From: Dudresnaya verticillata
Lineage: Eukaryota
DNA: 64,000 bases
NCBI GenBank assembly: GCA_977862235.1
Contig: OZ374558.1
Location: 3,472,001 to 3,536,000, forward strand
Direction of reading: 5' to 3'
Below are positions 37,301 through 48,580 of the stretch, one piece after another. Every line of letters starts with the position of its first letter. Position 1 is the first letter of the stretch. The notes beneath the pieces were generated by a model that did not search any database, was not told the origin of the DNA, and saw only the letters and a program-made list of their open reading frames with translations. Made by a program: the position numbers and the translations under genes.

Positions 37301-40134
37301 AAAGTAGCCCTCCAAGCCAGGGGGAATGGCATCGTCAAAGATGGTTCTCAAAACAATTTCGCACTCTCCTTCTTTCGTAGGGCACTGGAATCCCTCCCAA
37401 CCTTTGGGAAGCAACGACGGAATCCCGACTAGCTCCTTCCGCTCATCACCCTCCGTCTCTGTAGAGTGCAAACGCATTAGAATGCCAAACCGGCACAGAA
37501 TGTCAAGCATCACATCTCGAACAGGAGGTAGGTATTTACACCACAATTCATCCAGTCCCTTTCGTGGGATCAACCCGTTCTCGTAACTTTCTGCTTCATG
37601 CTGTCCTAGAGTTTGCAAACTCCTTTCAAACTCTTTCGCTTCTTCTTCACCCAGTCTTTCTCGCATAAACTCAGCCGGGCCCGTGACCTGTCGAATAAAG
37701 TCCAGAATAACTGTTGGATCTGGGAACACGTACCATCCCTCGGCCGTCTGAACTTCGGCGATATGCCCTTGTTGGCCCTGGAATTGGACGCATTTCTCAA
37801 CGTCTGCTTCTCTCTCCTCCTTGTCACTAGAGAATCCGGGAAGTCTGGCAGCATGGCTATGGACTTCTCCCATTGCCAAAAAGACTTCTTGGCTTTCAGT
37901 GGCGTGCGACAAAATGGCTTCCCTGAGGGCAGCCCACCGAACTGGAACCTCTTCCCTTCCGTCAAGAATGTCTTCACTCGCTTCCTTGATAAACTTCTCT
38001 AGTTCCACAACGCCTGACCCGGCACGGTCTTGTTCAGCACTGCTGTTCTTGTTCTCGATGGCAACCCACCGACACTTGCATTTGTCGACATCACCCTTCT
38101 CCCGTACCCAGTCATCGTAGACAGCCCTTCCGAGATGCTTTCGCAGTTTTTGTCGCAGCTGCTGAAACAAGTCTTCAGGGCTTTCAACTTCTGCCTTCCT
38201 GGTTCCCACCAGGATCACCCAAACGTTTTTCGGGGTTTGCGAAGACGCATGTGCCATTTGCATCCAGTTGCATAGTTCTAACACTTCGTCCTCTAACACT
38301 TCGTCCTCTTGGGTGACTTCTGACGCAAACCTTTTCAGATCTACCACGAAAACAAAAATGGAAGCGCGGCGGATGAAGATTGCGGGAACACTGAGGTACT
38401 CTGCCTGACCCCCAAGGTCCCAGCATTGCACCAACGCAGCTCGATTATCCGCAGGGAATGGATGACTCATGAGCCCTTGCCGTGCTGCTTCCCAAATGGG
38501 AGACGCTCGGGAGTTGATAGACTGTGAAGCAGCAATACTGGGCGGAGCTGGTGGTTGTTGAGCAGTGGTATGGCTGCTTGCCAATGTGTCTCCACTCTGG
38601 GGAACGGTCCTCTTGGTCGGAGGAGCTCGCTTGAGCCAAGTGGGGAGTTTAAGGTGGAACCTTGCGGTGGATTTTTCACTCGGCCGCGATGATGCATCAG
38701 TTGCAGTTGGGAGAAACGCCGATCCAGCTCGAAAGGAGCCGGCATCGGATGCACTTGCTGTAGATGACGTTGGTCGTTCCGTTGGCGTGGGTAACACTGG
38801 AATACCTGACCGTGACATGAGGGCATGGAAGGCCTCGCTGTTGAAAGCGAGTTGGTCGACAATGTCATCGTCCAACTTGGGGCCGTCCGGGACGACAACA
38901 GTGCGACTCAGCGACACAAAGTGTGTCGGCTGGTGGGTGGCAACGAAGGGCATGGAGCGCAGGCTCCTTACCGTGCTTGTCTTGCCGCGTGCCGCACCGC
39001 CAAGAACAAGAAGAAAGCACTGCCGTGGCTTTGCTGTGGCGGTCTTGAGGGTGTTGTCAACAAGTGTGCTGGTGTCACCGATGCGGTTGACAAGGTATTG
39101 CAACCGGCTGCTGAAGACTTCAAGCTCAAGAGGCGTTTGCTGTTGATGCGCTGCTTGTTGATGCAGTTGGGCTGCTGCGCGCTCATCGCGAGCAACACCG
39201 ACATCTCCGCGGCCAAGCAATGTGGCGAGCTCATAGAGTGCGACGCGGGTGCGATGGAGTTCGATTGAGCGTTGGAAGAGGCTCTTCGCGCGCGGCGGAT
39301 CGCGCGCGTCTCCGATATGATTGGACAAAAGCGCTTGGCCCAACAAAACCATACACATTGGGGCCCTCTCGTGACCGCTGTCGCAGGCGCGTTGGAGCAG
39401 TTCGACGCCGCGCGGAACGTCTCGCGGAACATCGATTCCGCCGCTCAGCAGCATTTCGCCCAAATTGGACATTGCGGCGAAATCTTCGCCCTCCGCGATG
39501 GCGCGGTCGTACAGCGCAGCGGCGCGCGGAGCGTCTTTGACGACGCCGTCGCCGTGTTCGAGGAGAAAGCCCAAATTGACCATTGCGTCCACGTCCGCAA
39601 ACTCTGCAACGGCTCGTTCGTGCAGCGCTGCCGCGCGCTTTGTGTCTTTGACAAAATGGCCCAATCCGATATGGAGACGCCCTCCGAGATTGTACAGCGA
39701 CACCCCGCGCGGATCTCGCGCGTTGGCGCGCTCGACCAGCTCCGCGGCGCGGCGCTCGTCCTTGTTGGCACAATGATGTTCAATGTGACACGAACTTATC
39801 ACGGTCAACATGCACCACAACAATGCAGTTTACCTGACAATGACAGAAGTGCAGAAACTCTCCGGCCCTGCTCTTCAGGAGACTCCCCCGGAATTATCAC
39901 CTGGAGAGGACTCTCCTGCCGTGCAAGCAAAGGTTCGAAAATGTAGTAGTAGGACTTTGCTTACCGTATAAAGACCAGCCATAAACAGGGAGTAGCCCAG
40001 ACTGGTTGGCACATCAACACACAAATCTAACAGGTTATGGGGTTCTAGTACGCGCAAGTCTATCTGCGCTTGACGTCCCGTCTATCGTTTCGTAGCAACT
40101 CGTCGTTTCGTTTTTTCGTCAGTCTTCCCACAAC

Positions 40135-40770
40135 ATGGATTCTGAAAGTGGGACAGACCTCTCTCGCTATCGTATTGAGAAGCTTACATCCCAGAACTAC
40201 TACATATGGTCTCGTAAAATCGAGTTAGTACTTCGTGCCAAGGGGCTCTGGGGAATCGTGTCAGGCACCGAGAAGAAACCGGAAGGTGCCTCCGTCGATG
40301 AAGGTGAAAAGTTTCAACGTCGCCATGATGTCGCTCTTACAAACTTACTACTCACTGTGGACGACTCAATTAGCGCCCGTGTTATTGGCTTACGAGACGC
40401 TAAGCAAGTTTGGGACACTCTTGAGTCTATGTTTCAAGTTATTTCGGAGGCATCAATTGATGCCTATCTGACGCAGTACCAGACAGTTACCATGCTACCG
40501 ACGGAGAATATTATGAGCTACGTAAATCGGTTGACTAACCTGGAGCAAAAGTTAACATCAGTTGGACATTCAATATCTGAGCGAGATCGCAAAAGGGCCT
40601 TACTACGAGGACTTAGAGAGGAGTATCATGTTGTGAAGAAAGTAATGTTGATCTCAGGCACAAAGTATGAAGAATGTATATCGCAACTCGTCCTTGAGGA
40701 ATCAATGAGGAAATCAACATTTTGCAAGACGAAGTTAGCACGGCAAATGGAGAAAGTTCTACTGCATTAG
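40135..40770 (+). CDS. gag: Copia Gag N-terminal (UBN2-like) region
   Basis: IEKLTSQNYYIWS...LRAKGLW, AKQVWDTL, LLRGLREEY. Confidence 0.9.
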   Translation: MDSESGTDLSRYRIEKLTSQNYYIWSRKIELVLRAKGLWGIVSGTEKKPEGASVDEGEKFQRRHDVALTNLLLTVDDSISARVIGLRDAKQVWDTLESMFQVISEASIDAYLTQYQTVTMLPTENIMSYVNRLTNLEQKLTSVGHSISERDRKRALLRGLREEYHVVKKVMLISGTKYEECISQLVLEESMRKSTFCKTKLARQMEKVLLH

Positions 40771-43700
40771 CAGCAACACAAAACAGAAAGAAGAAATGCC
40801 ACTACTGTGGACGACTCGGTCATATCAAGCCCGACTGTTTTGATAATCCAGAGAGCCCTCGCTATCGACCTCGTGCTGCAAATGGAAAACCACAAGGCAG
40901 CTTCCGCGACCCGCGCTCGAACCAGAAGGAGACAGAAGCAGCAAATTATGCTAACACCGCTACTAGTGGGTCAAATTACATCACGTTCATCTCAAAATGT
41001 GCAACCGCTAACACTACTGTCCTTGCCTCGCCACCTTATGAATGGTATATTGATTCTGGTTGTTCCTCGCATATGACGAACAACTCAGAGCACTTCCTTA
41101 CCCAGAATATCAGTCAAAGCCCATCATCTGTAATGGTAGGGAACGGCAACCAATCTCCAGTTGTTGCCATTGGTGACTTGTTGTGTGTCGCGAAAGTCGG
41201 CGACCGTGATGTCAACATCCGAATGACCAATGTCCTACATGTTCCAGGACTGATGTGCAACCTGATCTCAGTTAGTCGTCTTCGCAAGCAGGGACATCGC
41301 GTTATCTTCGAGACAGATACCAACGGCCAAGGAATCTGTACTGTATCAGGATCCCGTAGCAATGATGTTATTCTTCAAGGTCTCGAACACGAGGACGGAC
41401 TGTATCGAGTCACCATGAATCCAACACAAGTGGAAGCTGACACTCACACTGCTGCCATTTCCGTCGAAGCCAAACAGAAGCTATGGCATGAACGGCTGGG
41501 ACACGTTAGTCCTGAAACAATTCAGCATTCCCTTCCACTAGTCAATGGTCTTGACATATCTCAGTGCAAGTTTCCATCAAAGTGCGATAGCTGTCTCAAG
41601 GGAAAGTCGACTCGCAAAGTACGTTTTGAGGCCACCGATGAAGAACAGAAGTCTACACAACCGTTACATCTTGTCCACTCTGATTTAGTTGGCCCCTCTC
41701 GTCGCCGATCCATCAAGGGTGCACGGCATTTCGTGACTCTACTCGATGACCACAGTTCCTTGTCTCTCGTACGTTTCATCTCCGGGAAGGGAGATGCCAG
41801 CAAAGCACTAAAAGAGATGCTAGTGGAATTGGAAACTGTATTCGGCTCTAAGGTCAAACGACTAATAGCCCGTCGTGTAACTGCAGACGCTTACGACCCC
41901 GAATTTGTACGTGTCAAGAGGATGCGTACTGATAATGGCGGGGAATTCCTCTCCAACAAGTTCAAGAAATGGCTCTCTAATCGAGGTACAGTTCACGAAT
42001 TAACCTCTTCGTACTCTCCGGAGTCTAACGGAAAGGCCGAACGACTCAACCGTACCCTGCTAGACATGGCTCGAACAATGCTCATGGCTGTTTCAGACAT
42101 TCCTGACCATGAATCACTGTGGGCTGAAGCTGTAAACACAACTAACTACCTTCGAAACCGGCTGTATACCCGTTCATGCAATTCGTCCAACCAGACCCCG
42201 TACGAAGTTATTATGGGCAAGAAGCCAAATCTAGCCCACATCCGCAAGTTTGGCTGCCGAGCGTATGTCCATATTCCCAAAGCAACCAGGAAAAGCAAAT
42301 TCGAACCACGGGCCAAGGTAGGCCTCCTGGTTGGTTATGAAACAGGCAACAGTTACAAAGTCTACTTCGTTACCGATGGCAAAGTTGTTACTTCCCGAGA
42401 TGTCAGCTGCGATGAGACCTACACAGGTCTTGACGCTGTGTCAGAGCCAGAAGAGGAAACCAAACATAACTTTATGGAACTACCTGACCCGGAGGATGAT
42501 AACAATTCTCTCCCAGATCTCGCGGACGACTCCGATGACGAAGAAGGAGAACTCCAGTCCGATCACGAAGACGAAGAGGATAGGGACAGCAACTCCCCTA
42601 GTTCCGTTAATACTGAAGAACTTACCCACTTCCAGCAATTGCGTCGCTCTAATCGTGCGTCGACAACTCCAGCGCGATACGGTGACATCGCATCAATTGC
42701 ACTTAACGTACGAATGGGAAATGAATCAGCCGAGGTTCCGACCACATACAAAGAGGCCGTAGGCGGCCCTGAAAAGGATCAATGGGTTCAGGCTATGAAT
42801 GAAGAAATTGCTGAGATCGAGCGTAAGAGTACATGGATGCTTGTTCCTCTCCCGACGGATGCCAAGGCCGTCCAGAACAGGTGGGTTTATTTCAAGAAGC
42901 GAGACGCTGACCACCGGGTATCTCGATATCGAGCACGCCTCGTAGCAAAAGGATTTTCACAGCGGTATGGAATTGACTACGAAGAAACATTTGCACCTGT
43001 AGCCAAATATTCCACGCTCCGTTTCCTTCTCTCCTTGGCAGCGGATGAGGACTTACAGATGATGCAACTGGATGTGAAGGCTGCGTTTCTCAACGGCGAC
43101 CTTGACGAGGTCATCTACATGAAACAACCTGAGGGTTTCGTGAACAATGAAAAACGTCATTTTGTCTACCGCCTCCTGAAAGCGCTCTACGGTCTGAAGC
43201 AAGCCTCGCGTGCCTGGCATCGAACAATCGATACACTTCTTAAGACCCTGGGTTTCTTTCAGTCTGAGTCTGACGCTAGCCTCTACATCCTTATCCTCGA
43301 CTCTATCCGTTTGTTTGTTTTAGTCTACGTAGATGATATGCTACTCGTCAGTGCCAGCCTCTCATTAATGCGCAAGATAACTACATCTATTGCCGAAAAG
43401 GTAGATATCCGCGTCGAGAAGAGTGTGACGAAGTTTTTAGGTATCATCATTCATCGTAACCGTGATCTACGTTGCATTCAGGTATCCAGTCCACACATGA
43501 TCCGCGAGATGGTTTCTAAGTTCGGATTACAGTATGCCAAGTCTACAACTACTCCATTGCCACCTGGCACAATTCTGGAAACCCCAAACGTCACCGATGA
43601 GGGGGAATGGGAACCAGAATCGGTACCGTTTCGCGAATTGGTTGGAGGTTTGCTGCACCTTGCCAACACTACCCGGCCAGACATCGCGTTTGCAACTTCA

Positions 43701-44303
43701 TATCTCTCCCGTTTTATGCAAAAGCCTTCTAGAGTACACTGGAATGCCGCCAAGTATGTCCTTCGTTACCTGAAAGGTACAGAAGAGAATGGTATCTCCT
43801 TTGTATCAAGGAGCAAAGATTGCGTAGGGTTGCATGGATTTACTGATTCTGACTTTGCCGGAGATCGCATTGAGAGGAAATCAACAAGCGGATTTGTTTT
43901 CCTGAGTTGCGGTGGGGCTATTTCATGGCGTAGCAAGAAACAAAGTATAGTAGCACAGTCAAGTGTTGAAGCCGAATATGTTGCAACTTCATTTGCCGTT
44001 CGTGAGGCTTTATGGCTTCAACGACTGAACAAGGAGTTTCGCGCAGATGCCAACAAGACTGTCACATTATACACAGACAATCAAGGTTCGATGGCGCTCG
44101 CAAAGAACATTGTCTCCAACGAACGCACGAAACACATCGATGTCAAGTACCATTTCATTCGTGACCACATCCAGAAAGCGTCTATCGAACTACAGTACAT
44201 CTCAACCGAGAATATGGTGGCAGACGTTATGACCAAGGCCTTGCAGAAGTTCAAACATACAAGGTTCACAAGTATGATGGGCATCTCAATCGACCGCTGT
44301 TAA
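40722..44303 (+). CDS. pol: Copia zinc knuckle + protease + integrase + RT + RNase H
   Basis: CHYCGRLGHIKPDC, WYIDSGCSSHM, WHERLGH, VHSDLVGP, RTDNGGEF, NGKAER, RARLVAKG, LDVKAAFL, YVDDML, FTDSDFAG, RTKHIDVKYHF. Confidence 0.95.
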   Translation: MQDEVSTANGESSTALAATQNRKKKCHYCGRLGHIKPDCFDNPESPRYRPRAANGKPQGSFRDPRSNQKETEAANYANTATSGSNYITFISKCATANTTVLASPPYEWYIDSGCSSHMTNNSEHFLTQNISQSPSSVMVGNGNQSPVVAIGDLLCVAKVGDRDVNIRMTNVLHVPGLMCNLISVSRLRKQGHRVIFETDTNGQGICTVSGSRSNDVILQGLEHEDGLYRVTMNPTQVEADTHTAAISVEAKQKLWHERLGHVSPETIQHSLPLVNGLDISQCKFPSKCDSCLKGKSTRKVRFEATDEEQKSTQPLHLVHSDLVGPSRRRSIKGARHFVTLLDDHSSLSLVRFISGKGDASKALKEMLVELETVFGSKVKRLIARRVTADAYDPEFVRVKRMRTDNGGEFLSNKFKKWLSNRGTVHELTSSYSPESNGKAERLNRTLLDMARTMLMAVSDIPDHESLWAEAVNTTNYLRNRLYTRSCNSSNQTPYEVIMGKKPNLAHIRKFGCRAYVHIPKATRKSKFEPRAKVGLLVGYETGNSYKVYFVTDGKVVTSRDVSCDETYTGLDAVSEPEEETKHNFMELPDPEDDNNSLPDLADDSDDEEGELQSDHEDEEDRDSNSPSSVNTEELTHFQQLRRSNRASTTPARYGDIASIALNVRMGNESAEVPTTYKEAVGGPEKDQWVQAMNEEIAEIERKSTWMLVPLPTDAKAVQNRWVYFKKRDADHRVSRYRARLVAKGFSQRYGIDYEETFAPVAKYSTLRFLLSLAADEDLQMMQLDVKAAFLNGDLDEVIYMKQPEGFVNNEKRHFVYRLLKALYGLKQASRAWHRTIDTLLKTLGFFQSESDASLYILILDSIRLFVLVYVDDMLLVSASLSLMRKITTSIAEKVDIRVEKSVTKFLGIIIHRNRDLRCIQVSSPHMIREMVSKFGLQYAKSTTTPLPPGTILETPNVTDEGEWEPESVPFRELVGGLLHLANTTRPDIAFATSYLSRFMQKPSRVHWNAAKYVLRYLKGTEENGISFVSRSKDCVGLHGFTDSDFAGDRIERKSTSGFVFLSCGGAISWRSKKQSIVAQSSVEAEYVATSFAVREALWLQRLNKEFRADANKTVTLYTDNQGSMALAKNIVSNERTKHIDVKYHFIRDHIQKASIELQYISTENMVADVMTKALQKFKHTRFTSMMGISIDRC

Positions 44304-44936
44304 GTTCGAGGGGGAATGTTGGCACAATGATGTTCAATGTGACACGAACTTATCACGGTCAACATGCACCACAACAATGCAGTTTACCTGACAATGACAG
44401 AAGTGCAGAAACTCTCCGGCCCTGCTCTTCAGGAGACTCCCCCGGAATTATCACCCGGAGAGGACTCTCCTGCCGTGCAAGCAAAGGTTCGAAAATGTAG
44501 TAGTAGGACTTTGCTTACCGTATAAAGACCAGCCATAAACAGGGAGTAGCCCAGACTGGTTGGCACATCAACACACAAATCTAACAGTCCTTGGGCACTC
44601 CCGCGGCCCCTTCCTTTAGCAACAGTGCAAGGCCATGCCGCGCTTCGTCATGGTCGCCCTCATCAATCGCTCGCTCGAGCAAGGCGACGGCTCGCGAAGG
44701 CAGAACGGGCCCTCCATCTGAAGCGTCCCAGTACGCAAATGCGAGTGCAACCATGTCGTCGCCGTCGGCATTGTCGTCGATAGCTTGGCGAAGGGCAAGG
44801 CGCTGCGGTGTGGCATCCATGTCGGCAGGAGCGGGCGGTCGAGCGGGTGGAGGCGGTTGGAGATGGGATGGTTGGGGTGTGTGTGTCGGGAGCGAGTGCG
44901 CCAAGCGCACGGCGCTATTTATGCCGCGATGAAAGT

Positions 44937-45206
44937 TGTTGGCACAATGATGTTCAATGTGACACGAACTTATCACGGTCAACATGCACCACAACAATGC
45001 AGTTTACCTGACAATGACAGAAGTGCAGAAACTCTCCGGCCCTGCTCTTCAGGAGACTCCCCCGGAATTATCACCCGGAGAGGACTCTCCTGCCGTGCAA
45101 GCAAAGGTTCGAAAATGTAGTAGTAGGACTTTGCTTACCGTATAAAGACCAGCCATAAACAGGGAGTAGCCCAGACTGGTTGGCACATCAACACACAAAT
45201 CTAACA
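44937..45206 (+). mobile_element. Solo LTR of the same Copia family
   Basis: 270 bp, matching the 3' LTR at the one variable site. Has its own TSD AAAGT (44932-44936 / 45207-45211). Empty sites at about 20065 and 57876. Confidence 0.97.
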
Positions 45207-45327
45207 AAAGTTGCGAGTGGGACGGCGGGAGGTGCTGCAGCGCGGCGTGGGCGGCGGTGTGCCGCGCGGCGGAGCTGTTTGGAGCGGATGTTGTAAAAGT
45301 CGAAAGGCGCGTTGTCACGTCAGAGCA

Positions 45328-45690
45328 CAGTGCACGTGTATTTGGCGCTTGCGCCGATTGGCGCTCTGCGAGATGTTTCGGCCACGCACAAACGTCGTCA
45401 TCGCTACAGCCCATGTCATACACGGCGCGGCAGCGGCCGTGACGGCGAGACTGCACAACGGTTTGGTGGGCACGAAATGCTGGCGGTGGATGACGGATGG
45501 GATTGCGAGACTGAGCTGAGCGGCGGAGCGCGAGACTGCAGCGGTACGATGACGATGTTTGGGAGTGGTCAAAAGATCCCACAGTGAGCCAATCCGCGCA
45601 GGCGCCAAATACATGTGCACCGCGCTGCGATGAAGGAAGGCTCGCGACTCTGTTGCTTACAACATAAGGGCTGCAGCGATGACGACGGTT
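45328..45690. repeat. Inverted arrangement of upstream repeats (imperfect fold-back)
   Basis: 45430-45690 is a reverse-complement homologue of 22210-22480. The arm gtgcacgtgtatttggcg...cgtcatcg (45330-45403) faces cgatgacg...cgccaaatacatgtgcac (45547-45620). Confidence 0.7.
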
Positions 45691-46341
45691 AGCGGCGAAG
45701 GCCAAGTTTCCCTCCTCTTGGTCTACTTGGCATTGCCTGCTATGCTTTTTGTCTCCCCGCTCCTTTAATCGCGACCAGGACGACTATTTCTTCGGTCGTA
45801 GAAGAGGTATGAAGAGGTAGAGAATAGACCTATTGCGGGGCTCGGTCGAAATCCGCACTGGCGGAGAACAGTTCTTTCACGCTACCGTGGCGATTCCTCC
45901 AGGATACGATGTGTCAAACTGGATTGAGCACGAGCCTATGGCCAAAATGAGAGTACGTTGGCGATAAAAGAGCGAAGACCAACAAGTTATTTGGGCAGTT
46001 CAAAGATAAAGATTGTTGTTCGAATTGGGGTATTTCTAACGTTTAGGCGCCTTCTATCGCATTTCCGACGATATGTTTCGCTATCCGTCTAGTCTAATTG
46101 AGTGACTGAAGGAAAGATGCTTGTGAATCTTAGACGAGGCACCGCCAACTTCACTACTAACTCGGTTCAGCTGCTCCGGTTTGATTACTACAACAGTCAA
46201 AACGGCAGGGTTAGACTGCTTCATGACTACTCTAGTTACAGTCTCCCCGATAACTACGATGCCGGATTATCGCGAATCACAAACAACGACTTATAACTGT
46301 ACCCCTCCTCTCCCTGTTTTCTGGAATCGGGTGCTTTCGAT

Positions 46342-47240
46342 CTAGGTAGTCATACGTTGCAATAGCCTCAAGCTGCCCTTTTTCTGACATGTACTGACGT
46401 TGTTGATAGACTTCCCATTTTTCTTTAAGGTAGGTTTCGTAACCGTCTGCAGCGCTTCCAATATTATCAAAAGTTGCGTGGAGAGAGTTCTTCCATTTAC
46501 CGGAATACAGAATAGGCCTGAAACCGTATCTACTACCACGTTGCTGTTCTTGAGTTTATGTCTCATTGTGTATTCAATACCATAGATACGAGAATTGCCC
46601 GTGACCTGAAATGCCATTGCGTGGTAAGAAGACTCCGTGCTCCACTCATCTGTACGGTCCCCAACGGTTCTGCCTTTAATCGTATCGCTCGGAAGATGGG
46701 CTGTATCACCGTTCCAAATGTACGGAAAGTCCAGCTCAATGTCGAGGTACGATTCATGCACTATGAGCATGTTGATGGTAGCTATTGCTCCCAATATGAA
46801 AATAACAGCCACCGGATGCTTCAGTAGAGACTTTGTCAGTTTCTTAACAGCTTTTTTAAAGCCCTTGCCGACGGCTTTTCTAGAAACTGATGCTGCAGTC
46901 TCAACGCTGTCCCCCGCTATCATACGTTTCGTGAATGTCGACATCAACTTAAATCCAGCCCGTACGCATGTATTTGTCAACTCCCATACTTCTTTGGACA
47001 CATTTCCGTCCAATTCCTTGAACGCTTTAGAGAAAGCATACCAAACGCCTTGGCGATATTAGCACCCTGTTCGGCAAGAACAGATTTTCCCAGCACAAAT
47101 ACACCAAGCCTGAACAACGCATCTGGAATTCCAACGGAAACCATATACGACAGAGGTATGTTGAAAACGACCGTATCACTAATGCCATTGGTTTCGATAT
47201 ACGTTAATTCAGGTTCTATATCATCAAAGGCTTGTGTGAT
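46342..47240 (-). pseudogene. Unidentified, probably frameshifted gene fragment, single copy in this window
   Basis: A 223-aa stretch of natural-looking composition with a hydrophobic segment PVAVIFILGAIATINMLIV. No recognised motif and no ATG at the ORF start. Confidence 0.35.
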
Positions 47241-48175
47241 GTTATGCTATGATCATGTGACGTGATCATCAAGAAATTAGCCAAACCACTTTTGCTAGAG
47301 GAAATAGGGCTATGTGACGCCACAGCTACCATCCCCATCGAATGACATATATGTAATAGAACGGGGTGACTAGTACTACCAACCTTTCCTTAGGAAACAT
47401 GCGCTTCCTAGGGAAAGATTCGTGGTGGATCAACAGATATTGAGTCCCCCTTTACTGTTTTGCATGTTCGTACATGTGTGTAGGAGAGTGCGTGTTGCAT
47501 CGAGACGTGTTTTCATTGGTCACAATTGGGGTCTTAGGTACCGTTCTGAAATGCTACTGGTAGGCTTTCAAAGCAATAAAAAAGTTCCGAAAATCCACCA
47601 GTAATGACACGGCGGAGGCTTTGAGTCTGACTGTTATCTGTTCCGGATGCCGTTGGACCCTATCAGAGTTCATTCTACTTTCTTCCTCCGCTGCCTACAC
47701 TCACCGTCATCGCCGTTATGCCGGCGCCCGCACGCGGCGACGTTGTCGCTGGCGAGGCGGGTGCCGGTACCGCTCTACCTCATCGCTTACGGCGATTCGA
47801 TTACCAACGCGACGCGCTCTCTGCAACTACTCCGGTGTCTGCTATGTTTCGAGTGCCTTCCCTCGCCCCCGGCGCACGAACGGGCCGAACCGGGAATGGC
47901 GAGCAAAGAAGGAGCCCGGACATGCTTGGCGCAGCGCGACTTGCCAGACCCTGCCGCACCCAACCCACTCCGTTGCTTGACTTCGGAAAGCGAGGGGTCC
48001 CCGCAAGCCAAGCTGCTCCGCCGGCCGATGGAGAAGTCAAGAGTCCGCCCGCCGCCGTCGTCGTATGCTGCTGTAATGCGATAGAGGTGTCTACAGTCGA
48101 AGTTTTTCAAGCGACGTGTACCAATGGCAACAGTGGTATGTGCCGTGGAATTTTCTTCGAAAATTCTCAAGGGTC

Positions 48176-48247
48176 TCAGGTAGGTCCTTGTGTTGACGGG
48201 GCGACTTAGCGCCCTTCGAACCCTACCATAAAGTTCCCCCATCTCTC
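48176..48247 (+). mobile_element. 72-bp 3' tail of the CRE-like element
   Basis: tcaggtaggtccttgtgttgacggggcgacttagcgcccttcgaaccctaccataaagttcccccatctctc matches 21595-21665. Confidence 0.85.
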
Positions 48248-48580
48248 TTGTCACTAGAGAATCCAACAAGTTGACAGCATGGTGCTGGATTTCTGCCGTT
48301 GTCAGAAAGACGTTTTTGTTTTCTGTAGCCTGTGGACAAAATATCTTCCCTGAGGGCAGCCCACCGAACGAGAACTCCTTCCCTTCCGTCAACAATTTCG
48401 TCACTCGGATTGTCTTCTCCAGTTCCGCAACGCCTCTAACCCAGCACGGTCTCGTTCAGCACTGCTGTTCTCGACAATAACCAATCGAAACTTGTTCTTA
48501 TCGACATCACCCCGGGACCCTTTCACAAACCCAATCATCGTAAAAACCCCGAGATGCTTTTGCTCTCGGAGAAACGATGA
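48248..48580 (-). pseudogene. Decayed ROC-COR fragment
   Basis: Paralogue of 11267-11580. Confidence 0.8.

Larger units (their letters stand above)
39763..44586 (+). mobile_element. Full-length Ty1/Copia LTR retrotransposon
   Basis: 270-bp LTRs at 39763-40032 and 44317-44586 (TGTT...AACA, one mismatch seen). 5-bp TSD GTCCT, PBS ggttatggg at 40033, PPT gagggggaa at 44308-44316. Domain order gag-PR-IN-RT-RH. Confidence 0.98.
36281..44820 (-). pseudogene. Sel1-ROC-COR-TIR copy 4 (type B), split by a Copia insertion, otherwise open
   Basis: 5' part 44587-44820 (ATG at 44820 ...GVPKD) and 3' part 36281-39762 (DERRAA...FSREFAS) rejoin in frame once the element and one target duplication are removed. 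Confidence 0.92.
23690..45410. repeat. Segmental duplication unit 2
   Basis: Same gene and pseudogene order as unit 1, plus CRE, Copia and solo-LTR insertions. Confidence 0.9.

Noticed and set aside
13900..39330. Unit 1/unit 2 identity as a pure assembly artefact
   Set aside because: The units carry distinct insertions, lesions and Sel1 variants. Long reads are still needed to exclude polishing-induced homogenisation of the identical block.
40690..40770. Programmed -1 ribosomal frameshift
   Set aside because: No X XXY YYZ slippery heptamer seen, and the shift separates Gag from its own zinc knuckle; mutation or error is more likely.
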